64,000 bases of DNA, taken from contig NZ_JAQNDL010000005.1 in NCBI RefSeq assembly GCF_028368995.1, positions 384,001-448,000 on the forward strand. Reading direction: 5' to 3'. Below, piece after piece: positions 8,434 to 18,422 of this stretch. Within the stretch, counting starts at the first letter, position 1, and each line of letters begins with the position of its first letter. The stretch comes from Nannocystis bainbridge. Its GTDB lineage: Bacteria; Myxococcota_A; Polyangia; Nannocystales; Nannocystaceae. The notes below the pieces were generated by a model that was given only the letters and a program-made list of their open reading frames with translations, made no database searches and was not told where the DNA came from. The translations under genes were made by a program, and so were the position numbers.

Positions 8434-9807
8434 ATGGCTGCCCCATCCCCTCCACGCATTCCCCTCTTTATCGCCGTTGTCTCGCTCGGCGTGCCGGCCT
8501 GCATCGAGAACTACCAGGTCGGACAGAACCCCGCGGAGACCGACACGGCCGGCGACCCCGGCACCGACAGCGATGATTCGGGCCCATCGGCGCCGGCCAC
8601 CTGCGGGGACGGCGTCCTCGACGCCGACGAGGCCTGCGACGACGGCAACGACGACCCCGCCGACGGCTGCGATCTCGAGTGCCGTCCGACCGCCGTCGTC
8701 GCGTGGACCCGCACCGACCGCGGCGGCGCCGAGCTGGGCGCCCGCGCCGTCGACATCGCCGTCGACCCGACCGGACGGATCGTCGTCGTCGGCGCCGAGC
8801 ATCGCCCGTCCGGGTTCGAGCGAGCCTTCGTGCTCGTCCTCGATCCCGCGGGCGAGGTCGTCTGGCGCCACACCGAGGCCGACGGCGTGGCCGACGCCAG
8901 CCTGTTCTTCGACGTCGAGGTCGACGCCGGCGGCCGGATCTTCGTCGCCGGCAACGACACCGTCGAGGACAAGGCCACGAGCCTCGTCCGCGGCTTCGCC
9001 CCCACGGCCGAGCCGCTCTGGACCTTCCGCCAGTCGCTCCCCCAGCACTTCGGGCAGGCACGGGCCCTCGCGCTCGGCCCCGACGCGCTCTACTCGGTCA
9101 GCAACGAGGGCCAGCTCGACGGCACCATGGAGCTCATCGTCCGCCGCCACGACCTGCTCACCGGCGCCGCCGCCTGGCAGAGCCCGCACGGCGCGCCCAT
9201 GGTCGAGTACGGGGCCGACATCGTCGTCGCGGGCGGCCGGCTCGCCGTCGTCGGCTCCACGTTCCCGCTCGACGGCGAGGTGCCGCACCCGCTCGTCGCC
9301 TCGTTCGCGTTCGACGGCGCGTTGCTGGCCAGCGCCGTCGAAGCGCCGGTCGAGGGCGAATGGTACGGGGTCGCGCCCATCGGCGCGGCGGGAGACTTGC
9401 TGCTCGCCGGCTACGTGGTCCACCAGGGTGAAATCGACCGGGACGCGGTGCTGCGGCGCGTCGACGCCGACGGCCAGGAGCTCTGGACCTTCTTCGACGA
9501 CGGCCCCTCCGAGCTGTTCCAGAACGTCGCCGTGCGCCCCGACGAGACCTTCATCGCCGCCGGCGCCGGCCGGATCGGCGACGCCTACGCCGTCTATAGT
9601 TATACGCGCCGCTTCGCCGGCGATGGCACGACGATCTGGTCGTCGCAGCTGTTCGACGCCGGCCCGAACATGGACGAGATGGCCACCTCGATCGCGCTCG
9701 GCCCCGGCTTCGTGGCCGCCACCGGCATGTGGTGGGAGGGCGCCGCCAAGGGCACCGGCGGGGCGAGTCAGGCCAACTTCTGGGTCCGACGATTCGCCGA
9801 CCAGTGA
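8434..9807 (+). CDS. Lipoprotein with Myxococcus cysteine-rich repeat (DUF4215-like) and beta-propeller
   Basis: Lipobox-like GVPAC; [19 protein letters not shown]; repeated AVD..GRIVVVG blades. Confidence 0.82.
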   Translation: MAAPSPPRIPLFIAVVSLGVPACIENYQVGQNPAETDTAGDPGTDSDDSGPSAPATCGDGVLDADEACDDGNDDPADGCDLECRPTAVVAWTRTDRGGAELGARAVDIAVDPTGRIVVVGAEHRPSGFERAFVLVLDPAGEVVWRHTEADGVADASLFFDVEVDAGGRIFVAGNDTVEDKATSLVRGFAPTAEPLWTFRQSLPQHFGQARALALGPDALYSVSNEGQLDGTMELIVRRHDLLTGAAAWQSPHGAPMVEYGADIVVAGGRLAVVGSTFPLDGEVPHPLVASFAFDGALLASAVEAPVEGEWYGVAPIGAAGDLLLAGYVVHQGEIDRDAVLRRVDADGQELWTFFDDGPSELFQNVAVRPDETFIAAGAGRIGDAYAVYSYTRRFAGDGTTIWSSQLFDAGPNMDEMATSIALGPGFVAATGMWWEGAAKGTGGASQANFWVRRFADQ

Positions 9808-10141
9808 GCCGGCCGCCCTCGCATGCCTCGCACGCTCATGCATGCGAGGGCCCGGCGAGCGCTCGCTATATTCACCACGCGCATGCACCCCGGCGCGCGC
9901 CTCTCGGCGCCTTCGCCTGCATCGCACTCGCAGTCGCCCCGGCCCCCAATGGCTTCGGGGCCAGAGGCTCGTCGGTGAGCTAGCGAAGACCGCGGCGATC
10001 GTGCGGCGCATCATGAAACATGCTGGGAGCGTGCGAGCGCCGGCGCTGGACAGCGAAACGGTCGCCCCCGAGGGTCGCGCTCGCCGGTGCTCGCAAGAGA
10101 CCGGTGCGCCACGTCGCGAGGACGACCGCTCCGTCGAGCGA

Positions 10142-10513
10142 TCAGCCCTTCAGCTGCGGCACCTCCGGCGGGAACACGATCTCCTCCACGCTGTCGGCCC
10201 ACTCGGCCGTCACCCCCCTCGTGCCCAGGCGATTCTCGAGCGACCGGATCGCCACGTAGGGCACGGGGATCTGGATCCCGATGCCCACGTAGCGGCCGAT
10301 CACCTCGAATTGCCAGTACTCGGGCCTCTGAATGTACACCACGGGCTCGAGCCACACCTCGATGTCCGCCCGGGGCAGCATGCCGCGGACGACCAGGAAA
10401 TACGTGTTGGAGTCGGGGTCGAGCACCACGTGGGCCTCGGCGCGGACATCCTCGATCGCCCGCTCGAGCGGGAACCACTCGTTCAACAGAGGACCTCTAC
10501 TCTTGCTTCCCAT
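10142..10513 (-). CDS. Hypothetical protein
   Basis: MGSKSRG..., 123 aa, beta-rich; AGGA RBS-like sequence upstream. Confidence 0.6.
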   Translation of the reverse strand: MGSKSRGPLLNEWFPLERAIEDVRAEAHVVLDPDSNTYFLVVRGMLPRADIEVWLEPVVYIQRPEYWQFEVIGRYVGIGIQIPVPYVAIRSLENRLGTRGVTAEWADSVEEIVFPPEVPQLKG

Positions 10514-10768
10514 GACATTCCTCCGAATTGCCCGAATGTTGCAGATCGATCGCGGTTCGGGCGCGACGCACAGCCGATGGACCGAAATCCAGCCACAAAG
10601 CCTACTGCTGTCGGCTGAAAACGCCAGAAGTTTGGGTCCTTGCCCATGAGACGCAGACGGGCGCGCCGCCGGAGAGCGCGGCGCCTGCCCGTCCACGAGG
10701 CGCGCGCGAACTCGCAGAGTAATGGTGAGAGCATCTGGAGAAGAGGGTGAGCGCCCATCTTCCAAATT

Positions 10769-11050
10769 GTGCGCCAGATCGCTGGTTGGCGACTTACGCT
10801 ATTCCAAAGCTATAGGGCGAAAGGAGCCAGGTATAGGAGCGATACTGAGCGCGCAAAGAACAGCCTGAAACGTGAAACGAAGGACTACGTTATCGACGTC
10901 CACTACGAGAATTCCGGCACGCCGTCGGAGCGGGTTCAGGCGATGAAGCGGTGGATCGCCAAGAACTTGAACTTCGAACAGTACATGACGTCCAGGTTGG
11001 TGATGGAATCTGACGGGACCGTGTTCATCTATTGGCTTACGAAGGTCTGA
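10769..11050 (+). CDS. Hypothetical low-GC ORF or gene fragment
   Basis: 93 aa, Lys/Asn-rich, visibly lower GC than its flanks, weak GTG start shortly after an in-frame stop. Confidence 0.4.
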   Translation: MRQIAGWRLTLFQSYRAKGARYRSDTERAKNSLKRETKDYVIDVHYENSGTPSERVQAMKRWIAKNLNFEQYMTSRLVMESDGTVFIYWLTKV

Positions 11051-11446
11051 CAACCCGCCCACACGTCGAATCCGCCGCCTTCGCCGCGGGCTCGTCGCCG
11101 AGCCGGCACAAGGCCCCGATGCGCGCCGCCTCGCGCACTCCCGCCAGCGCCCGCCGGGGAACCGCTGCGCCTGTCCCATGCAGCCCGGCGCCCATTCGGG
11201 GGGGCTGGAATCGCTCCGGACTTTCGGCATTTTTCAGCCGGCAGAACTAGCCGTCCTCCGGACGGGCCCCAGCGGGCGGCGGATCCGCCTGATCGGCGTC
11301 ATGAACAAGGCCATGAGAGCGCGCCGCGCTGCGGCCGCAACGGTCGCTCTTTCGCGGCTCGATCGCGGCGGGGGGCGAACGCATCTTTTCCACTCATGGT
11401 CGATTCGCGCCCCCGTGACATTCGCCTCGCTCATAGCATTCACATC

Positions 11447-12601
11447 TCAGCGCCCGCACACGTAGCGCTCGAATCGCTGTACCAGCGGCGAGGTCGGGTG
11501 CTCGGCGACCAGGCGGCGGGCGGTCGCCTCGGCCTCGGCGCCGCGGTCCAGCCCGCACAGCGCCGCGACCCGCCCCGCCTCGCGCGCGTCCACCAGGGCG
11601 CTGCGCGGGAACTGGCCCGCGTGCGCGTCCAGCAGCGGCAGCGCGGCCGCGGGCCTCCCCGCGTCCAGGTGCGCCCGCGCCTGGTCGAGCAGCGCCACCT
11701 CGGCCGCCAGCCGGTCGGGCTTGCTCGCGGTCGGCGGCGTCGGTCGCTGCGGCGCCGGCGGCGGCGATCCTGCGTCTGGTTCGGAGCGGCCCGGCTCCCC
11801 ACCTGTCTCTCGGGACAGGCTCACCGGCTCGCGCGCCACCTCCGTCCCGATCGCCCGGATCGGGGTCGGGCGCGCCACCGCGTGCACCGTCGCCCCGCCG
11901 GCCACGATCAGCGTCGCCGCCACCGCCGCGCGGCTCGCCGACACCACGCCCAGCACCCCGATCGCCCCGCTCTTGCCGAGCGCCGGCCCCAGCAGCGCCC
12001 ACGAGCGCTGCGCCTGCCCGGGCGGCGGCGCGTCCTCGCGGCGGGCCCGCTCGGCCCACGCGCTCAGCTCCGCCTCGCCCAGGCGCGCCTGCAGCTGGCC
12101 CCGCGCCGCGCGCAGCCGCGAATAGACGGTGTTGACCGGCAGCGCCAGCTCGGCCGCCATCTCCGGCCCGCTCATGCCCAGCAGCTCGGACATCTCCCAC
12201 ACGGCCCGCAGCTCGCCGCTGAGCTGCGCCAGCGCCTGCTCGAGCTGCTGCGCCGTGTCGCGCCGGCTGTGCGGCGAGTCGTCGCTCCACGGCCAGCTCT
12301 CGGCCAGCGCCGCCACCCGCCGCGCCAGCCGGGCCGCGCCCCGGCGGTAGCGCCAGGCCACCCGCCGCGTCACCGCGAACAGCCACGCTCGCGGCGAGAC
12401 CTCGTAGTGGAGCGCGTCGAGCCGGCGATAGGCGGTCACGAACACGTCCTGCACCGCGTCGTCGACGTGCGCCGGCGGCACCCCGAAGCGGCGCGCCGCC
12501 GCCCACACGAACCCGAACTCGCGGCGATAGATGGCGTGAAACCGCGCCCGGCGGGGGTCGTCGGCGGGCGCGGGCGCGGTCTCGGTCGCCGGGAGCTGCA
12601 T
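11447..12601 (-). CDS. ECF sigma factor fused to a TM and TPR-like C-terminal extension
   Basis: FGFVWAAARRFGV..DDAVQDVF..RAWLFA; VNTVYSRLRAAR; then AAVAATLIVAGG hydrophobic segment and LAAEVALLDQAR..FPRSAL..HPTSP TPR-like tail in one frame. Confidence 0.85.
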   Translation of the reverse strand: MQLPATETAPAPADDPRRARFHAIYRREFGFVWAAARRFGVPPAHVDDAVQDVFVTAYRRLDALHYEVSPRAWLFAVTRRVAWRYRRGAARLARRVAALAESWPWSDDSPHSRRDTAQQLEQALAQLSGELRAVWEMSELLGMSGPEMAAELALPVNTVYSRLRAARGQLQARLGEAELSAWAERARREDAPPPGQAQRSWALLGPALGKSGAIGVLGVVSASRAAVAATLIVAGGATVHAVARPTPIRAIGTEVAREPVSLSRETGGEPGRSEPDAGSPPPAPQRPTPPTASKPDRLAAEVALLDQARAHLDAGRPAAALPLLDAHAGQFPRSALVDAREAGRVAALCGLDRGAEAEATARRLVAEHPTSPLVQRFERYVCGR

Positions 12602-12639
12602 GGCCTGAAGCTTGGATTCTCCGGCGACCCTGACTTCTG

Positions 12640-13758
12640 TCACCGCGGATCGCGAAACCGCAGCTCCGCCATGAGCAGCAGCCGGCCCGAGACCCGCGAC
12701 GAGGCGAACAGCCCCGCAGGGGGCCCGGGGTCGCGCACCTCGAACCTCGGCACCAGGAGCCCCGCGACCCCCTCGAGCGCCGCCCCCAGGCGCACGCGCG
12801 GATGCACGACCACCGCCACCCCGGCCGAGGCCACCAGCGCCAGCCAGCGCCCGGTCACGGCCCGCGCGCCGACCACGTCCTGCGCGACCCCGCGCACGCC
12901 CCCGGCCTCCAGCCCGCCGCACAGGGGAAATTCGACCCGCCGCCCGCCGAGCCGCGCGCAGCCGAGCACCGCCGCCATGCCGGCGAAGGCCCGCAGGCTG
13001 CCCTCGGCCCGCACCTCGGTGCGCGGCGTCAGGAAGGCGCCGCGCAGCTCCAGCCGCGCCCGCCGCCACAGCAGGCCGCCCGCCAGCATGATCGCCCCCG
13101 AGACCCCCGGGAGCGCCCCCAGCTCGGCCCCGCCCTGGATCCGCAGCAGCCCCCCGAGCCGCCGCGCCGGGCCTGCAGGCGGCTGCAGCGGGCCCTCGAC
13201 GCTCATGGCCGCCGCCCGGCCGTCCGGCGCAGTCCCTGCGAGCTCCGCCTCCTCGGCGCCCGCCAAGACCGGCGGGCCGACCGACTCGAACCCCGGGCTC
13301 CCCGTCGCGTGCTCGGGGCTCACCGTCTCCGCCGCGGTGGTCACGCCGGAGCTCTCCTCCGTCATCACCTCGCCCTCGCCTGCCACCTCGACGGGCAATT
13401 CGGGCGCCGCTTCGGCCCCCGAGGCCGCCGCTTCGCGCCTCGCCGCGCTCGCCACCAGCAGCGCCGTCGCGTCGACGAGCGCGGCGCAGCGCTGCGACGT
13501 CAGCGTGCGAACCGCGCCCCGGCCTCGCGCCGCGATCCGCAGGGTCAGGCGATAGCGCGGCGCCTCGGCGTGGAGGGCCACCCGGGCCTCGACCTCGACC
13601 TCGCCGGCGAAGGCCCGCCCGAGCCGCTGCTCGATCGCCGCCACCAAATCCCGCCGCCCCGGGCAGCCGCCCGGCGCCTCCCACACCAGCCCGAGCGCCG
13701 GCGGATCCGGCACTTGTGCGGCGAGAAGCCCGGCGACGACGGTGAAGATCGGCACCAC
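12640..13758 (-). CDS. Secreted/outer-membrane protein associated with the ECF module
   Basis: WEAPGGCP..RTLTSQRCAALVDA N-domain, acidic linker, beta-strand C-terminus ending AELRF; start uncertain. Confidence 0.7.
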   Translation of the reverse strand: MVPIFTVVAGLLAAQVPDPPALGLVWEAPGGCPGRRDLVAAIEQRLGRAFAGEVEVEARVALHAEAPRYRLTLRIAARGRGAVRTLTSQRCAALVDATALLVASAARREAAASGAEAAPELPVEVAGEGEVMTEESSGVTTAAETVSPEHATGSPGFESVGPPVLAGAEEAELAGTAPDGRAAAMSVEGPLQPPAGPARRLGGLLRIQGGAELGALPGVSGAIMLAGGLLWRRARLELRGAFLTPRTEVRAEGSLRAFAGMAAVLGCARLGGRRVEFPLCGGLEAGGVRGVAQDVVGARAVTGRWLALVASAGVAVVVHPRVRLGAALEGVAGLLVPRFEVRDPGPPAGLFASSRVSGRLLLMAELRFRDPR

Positions 13759-13882
13759 GAGGGGCGGCGAAGCTACCACGAATCTCCCGCGCCCGCCGAG
13801 CGCGGCGCCTGCGTGGGTGACGCGAACGCGACGACCGCTCCTCGCATGATTGCCAATCGACGCACCATACAATCACCGCTCG

Positions 13883-14128
13883 CATCCTCGACGCTTTGAC
13901 CCCATCGCGGCGAGCTTCATGGCGCTCGACGCGAGGGCCGCCCGCTCGCTGTTCGATGCATCTCACTCGCCGAGCAGCTCCGTCAGCCTCTTGATGTCGA
14001 CCTCCATCCTCGACGCTCTGACCCCACCGCAGCGAGCTTCATGGCACTCGACGCGAGGATCGCCCGCTCGCGACTCGATGCCCCCCTCACTCGCTGAGCA
14101 GCTTCGTCAGCGTCTTGATGTCGACCCC
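13883..14128. repeat. Imperfect tandem duplication, about 122-bp period, including the 3' end of the response regulator gene
   Basis: CATCCTCGACGCT.TGACCCCA... starts at 13883 and 14005; both copies end ...TCTTGATGTCGACC. Confidence 0.85.
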
Positions 14129-15457
14129 CAGAGCCCGCGCCGCGTGGGCCTTCACCCCCCCGTTTTGAGCCACCGCCCAGCGCGCGTAACGGCGCTGGAT
14201 CTCCCGCAGCGGCAGCACCGCGTCGCCGAACCCCGTGGATCCGCCCTCGCCTGCGTTCGGGTCCTCGCTGCCGAAGCCGCGGGGCAGGTCTGCCGGCGTG
14301 ATCGTCTCGTTGCGCGACAGCAGCACCAGGCGCTCGATCAGGTGGGCCAGCTCGCGCACGTTCCCCGGCCAGCGGTAGGCCAGGAACGCCGCCATCACCT
14401 CCTCCCCGATCCGCCGCGGCGCCGCTGTCGGATAGCGGCGGCGCGCCGACTCGAGGTTCTGCTCGATCAGCAGTGGGATGTCCTCGCGGCGGTCGCGGAG
14501 CGGCGGGATCTCGAGCACCACCAGCGCCAGCCGATAATAGAGGTCCTCGCGGAACTCGCCCGCGCGCACCGCCGCCGCGAGGTCGAGGTTCGTCGCCGCC
14601 AGGATCCGCGTGTGGACCCGGCGCTCGCGGGTCCCGCCGATCGGGCGGATCACCCCGCGCTCGATCACGTGCAGCAGCTTGGCCTGCAGCGCCGTCTGCA
14701 GCTCGCCGATCTCGTCGAGGAACAGGGTCCCGTGGTCGGCCTCCGCGAACAGCCCCGGGCTCGCCTGCGTCGCCCCGGTGAAGGCTCCGCGCGTGTGGCC
14801 GAACAGCTCGCTCTCGAGCAGCTGCTCGGGGATCGCCGCGCAGTTGACCGCCACGAACGGCGCCGACGCGCGCTGGCTGCGGGCGTGCAGCGCCGCCGCG
14901 ATCGTCGTCTTGCCGGTGCCCGTCTCGCCGGTGAGCAGCACTGGCACATCGGTGTCGGCGATGCGCGCGATCACCTCGAACACCGCCCGCATCGCCGTGC
15001 TGCGGCCGACCAGGCCCTGCGGCGCCGCGTCGTTCAGGCGCCGGCGCAGCTCCCCCGTCTCGCGGCGGAGCCGGCGGTCGTCGAGCGCGCGGCGCAGGAA
15101 CAGCACCAGCTCGTCGACCCCGAACGGCTTCGTCAGGTAGTGGAACGCCCCGCGCCGGATCGCCTCCACCGCCGTATCGATCGCCGCGTACGCCGTCATC
15201 ACGATCGTCGGCAGCTGCGGCACCAGCTCCTGCGCCTGCACCATCAGCGACACCCCGTCGCCGTGCTCGAGCCGCAGGTCGGTCACCATCGCGTCGAACT
15301 CGTGCGACTCGAGCCGCGCCAGCGCGGCCGCGGCGTCGCGCACCACGTGCACCTCGAAGCCGCGGCGGCCCAGCTGTTCGCCGAGCGCGTCGCCCCACTC
15401 CGGCTCGTCGTCGACCAGCAGCACGCGCGGGCGCAGGACCTTATGTTCGCTCGTCAT
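14087..15457 (-). CDS. Sigma54-dependent (NtrC-family) response regulator
   Basis: VLLVDDE receiver; GETGTGKT; ESELFGH..GAFTGA; TLFLDEIG; WPGNVREL; Fis-type HTH. Confidence 0.96.
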   Translation of the reverse strand: MTSEHKVLRPRVLLVDDEPEWGDALGEQLGRRGFEVHVVRDAAAALARLESHEFDAMVTDLRLEHGDGVSLMVQAQELVPQLPTIVMTAYAAIDTAVEAIRRGAFHYLTKPFGVDELVLFLRRALDDRRLRRETGELRRRLNDAAPQGLVGRSTAMRAVFEVIARIADTDVPVLLTGETGTGKTTIAAALHARSQRASAPFVAVNCAAIPEQLLESELFGHTRGAFTGATQASPGLFAEADHGTLFLDEIGELQTALQAKLLHVIERGVIRPIGGTRERRVHTRILAATNLDLAAAVRAGEFREDLYYRLALVVLEIPPLRDRREDIPLLIEQNLESARRRYPTAAPRRIGEEVMAAFLAYRWPGNVRELAHLIERLVLLSRNETITPADLPRGFGSEDPNAGEGGSTGFGDAVLPLREIQRRYARWAVAQNGGVKAHAARALGVDIKTLTKLLSE

Positions 15458-16899
15458 GACATCTCCCGCGGCAAGCGCAGCGTCGCTATCGCGCCGCGAG
15501 GCGACCGCGCCGTCAGGGTGACCGACCCGCGGCTCATGCGGGCGATCTCGTTGGTGAGCGCGAGCCCCAGGCCGGTGCCCTGCGCCTTGCGCGAGAAGAA
15601 CGGCTTGAGCAGCCGCTCGCGATCCTCCTCGCGCACGCCCTCGCCCTCGTCGAGCACCTCGAACACCACGTCCTCGCCCTCCTGGCGGATCCGCAGCGTC
15701 ACGCAGCTGCCGCGCGGCGACGCATCGCACGCGTTGACCAGCAGGTTGACCAGCGCGTGCTCGACCAGCAATGCATTGACTCGTACGTCCGCCACGTCCG
15801 CCGCGATCTCCATCTCGAGCGCCACCTCGGCCGCCTGAAAGCGGTGCGCGATCAGGTCGTGCACCGCCTGCGCCAGCTTCGCCGGGGCCACCCGCGCCTG
15901 CTCCGGCATGCTGCCGCGCGCGACGCGGAGGAACCCCTGGACCACGTCGCGCAGGCGGTCGACCTGGCCGAGGATCGTGCGCGCGTCCTGCTCCTCCGGC
16001 GAGTCCTGCAGCGCCTCGCGCAGCGCCTCCGCCTTGACGCGGATGAGCCCCAGCGGCGTGCCGACCTCGTGCGCCACTCCGGACGCCAGCGTCAGCATCG
16101 TCGCCGTGCGGTTCTCGCGGGCCAGCACCGCCTCGCCGGCGCGCCGCTGCTCCGCCAGCTCGAGCTGGTGGCGCGCCAGCGCCTGCGCGCGGAACTCCCG
16201 GAACGCGAAGTAGCCGAACACCACCGTCGTGATGCCTGTCAGCAGCACCTTGATGATCACCCGCAGCATCCCTCGCCGGTCGCGCTCGACCTCCTCGCGG
16301 GTGCTGCCGACCACCGCCACGCGCCAGCTCCCGAGCGCCCCGCCGTCGGCCACCGCGACGCTGACGAACGCCGGATACTCCGGCAGCCCGAGCTGCAGCG
16401 CCTGCGCGTCGTTCAACATGCCGGTGTCCTGGCCGCGCGCCACCAGCTCCGCGAGCACCCCCGGCCCGGTGGAGCGGCCGTGCAGGTTGAAGAACCTCGC
16501 CGCTCCGGGCGGCTGCACGAACACCCGCTCGTCCGCCGAACCGAGGTGGTCGGCCGCGTGGAACAGCTCGCCGATCCGCACCTGCACCTCGCGCTCGCGC
16601 CCGTCCTCGCCGACGATGCGCGACCGCCACGTCCCCGCCGCGTCTGCTTGCGATGCTGTCGCCGCCGGCGAGTCGCGGACCAGGTTCGCCAGCTCCGCCG
16701 CCAGCTCCACCGACAGCAGCGACGCCAGGTTGCCCAGGCGCCGCTGCTCGCGCTCCATCGCCAATTCGGACTCCGCGTCCTCGAACCGGATCCCGACCAG
16801 CGCCACCGCGGCGACGCTGAGCACGGCGCCGAGGAGCAGCACGAGGCCGCTGATCCGCACACGGCTGCGTTCGGCGAAAGCGAAGGTCTGTCGGGTCAC
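15454..16899 (-). CDS. Sensor histidine kinase
   Basis: Two TM helices; H-box GVAHEVGTPL; NLLVNACDA; DEGEG; GTGLGL; start uncertain (GTG 16899). Confidence 0.92.
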   Translation of the reverse strand: MTRQTFAFAERSRVRISGLVLLLGAVLSVAAVALVGIRFEDAESELAMEREQRRLGNLASLLSVELAAELANLVRDSPAATASQADAAGTWRSRIVGEDGREREVQVRIGELFHAADHLGSADERVFVQPPGAARFFNLHGRSTGPGVLAELVARGQDTGMLNDAQALQLGLPEYPAFVSVAVADGGALGSWRVAVVGSTREEVERDRRGMLRVIIKVLLTGITTVVFGYFAFREFRAQALARHQLELAEQRRAGEAVLARENRTATMLTLASGVAHEVGTPLGLIRVKAEALREALQDSPEEQDARTILGQVDRLRDVVQGFLRVARGSMPEQARVAPAKLAQAVHDLIAHRFQAAEVALEMEIAADVADVRVNALLVEHALVNLLVNACDASPRGSCVTLRIRQEGEDVVFEVLDEGEGVREEDRERLLKPFFSRKAQGTGLGLALTNEIARMSRGSVTLTARSPRGAIATLRLPREMS

Positions 16900-17322
16900 T
16901 GGCGGGTTCCTCGCCGAGGGTAGCGCGGTTCGTCGTTCGAGCTGCAATCCGCGCGCCACCCTCGCGCGCGGCCGCTGCGGCCCGGAAAATCGCCGACCCG
17001 CGCGGCCGAGGCGGCCGCCCGCTGGACCCGCCGATGGGAGCGGCTCCCCGTGCGACCAGGGAAAATTTCCAGGTCGGGCCGGCCCCCTCTGGATTTCATC
17101 AACGATCTCGCCCCGCTCCGTCCCCGGCATCGTCCGTGAAACAGCGTGAACCAGGCTTCGAGCCACGGTCCCGCGACGGGGCCGGCGGGTTCGGGCCGCG
17201 CGCCGGCAGACCGCGCGCGAGACAGGCGGACCTCGATGAACCACGACCTCCCAGGCGCCCCGCTGCGGCCCCGCACCTCCCTCGTCCTCACGCTCCTGCG
17301 CGCCTGCTTCGGCCGCGCCGCG

Positions 17323-18411
17323 ATGCACCGATCGTGGCCGCGACTGCTCGCGCTCGCGGGCGTGCTCGTGCTGCTCGGCGTGACGGCCTGCCACGCGCCG
17401 CACCACAAGCACGAGGAGATCGGCGTGTTCGCCGTCACCACCCCGCTGCGCCAGGACACCGCGCTGACCCGCGAGTACGTGGCCCAGGTCCAGGCGATCC
17501 AGCACATCGAGGTGCGGGCCCAGGAGCGCGGCTATCTGACGGGCATCTACGTCGACGAGGGCCAGCGGATCGAGGAGGGCACGAAGATGTTCCAGGTCAT
17601 GCCGCTCATCTATCGCGCCGACCTCCACCGCGCCGAGGCGGAGGCCGACATGGCCTCGATCGAATTCAAGAACACCAAGATGCTGGCCGACAAGGACATC
17701 GTCTCGCCGGCCGAGCTCGCGCTGGCCGGCGCCAAGCTCAATCGCGCCAAGGCCGAGCTGGAGCTCGCGCAGACGCACATGCGCCTCACCGAGATCCGGG
17801 CCCCGTTCACCGGCCTGATGGATCGATTCGTCGTCCGCCTCGGCAGCCTCGTCGAGGAGGGCGACCTGCTGACGACGCTGTCCGACAACCGGACCCTGTG
17901 GATCTACTTCAACGTGCCCGAGGCCGAATACCTCGACTACAAGGCCGACCCCGAGCAGACGACGGTCGTCCAGTTCAAGATGGCCAACAACCGGCTGTTC
18001 GACCAGCCGGGCCGGGTCGAGACGATCGAGGCCGACTTCGACAACACCACCGGCAACATCGCCTTTCGCGCGACCTTCCCCAACCCCACCGGCCTGCTGC
18101 GCCACGGCGAGACCGGCAACGTCATCGTCACCAGCCAGTACGCCAACGCGCAGCTGATCCCGCAGAAGGCGACCTTCGAGATCCTCGATCGCCGCTACGT
18201 CTTCGTGGTCGACGACGAGGGTATCGTCCATTCGCGCCCGATCGCCGTCGCCGCCGAGCTCCCGCACGCCTTCATCGTCGAGAGCGGCCTCGAGGACTCG
18301 GACCACATCCTCCTGGAGGGGCTGCGCAAGGTCCAGGACGGCACCCACATCGAAGTCAAGTTCGAGGAGCCCGCCGAGGTGTTCGCTCACCTCGACCTCC
18401 ACGCCGAATAG
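17323..18411 (+). CDS. RND efflux periplasmic adaptor (lipoprotein)
   Basis: Lipobox GVTAC; IEVRAQERGYL..VDEGQ; IRAPFTG; TTGNIAFRATFPNP; alternative start at 17236. Confidence 0.92.
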   Translation: MHRSWPRLLALAGVLVLLGVTACHAPHHKHEEIGVFAVTTPLRQDTALTREYVAQVQAIQHIEVRAQERGYLTGIYVDEGQRIEEGTKMFQVMPLIYRADLHRAEAEADMASIEFKNTKMLADKDIVSPAELALAGAKLNRAKAELELAQTHMRLTEIRAPFTGLMDRFVVRLGSLVEEGDLLTTLSDNRTLWIYFNVPEAEYLDYKADPEQTTVVQFKMANNRLFDQPGRVETIEADFDNTTGNIAFRATFPNPTGLLRHGETGNVIVTSQYANAQLIPQKATFEILDRRYVFVVDDEGIVHSRPIAVAAELPHAFIVESGLEDSDHILLEGLRKVQDGTHIEVKFEEPAEVFAHLDLHAE

Positions 18412-18422
18412 AGGGTGACAGC

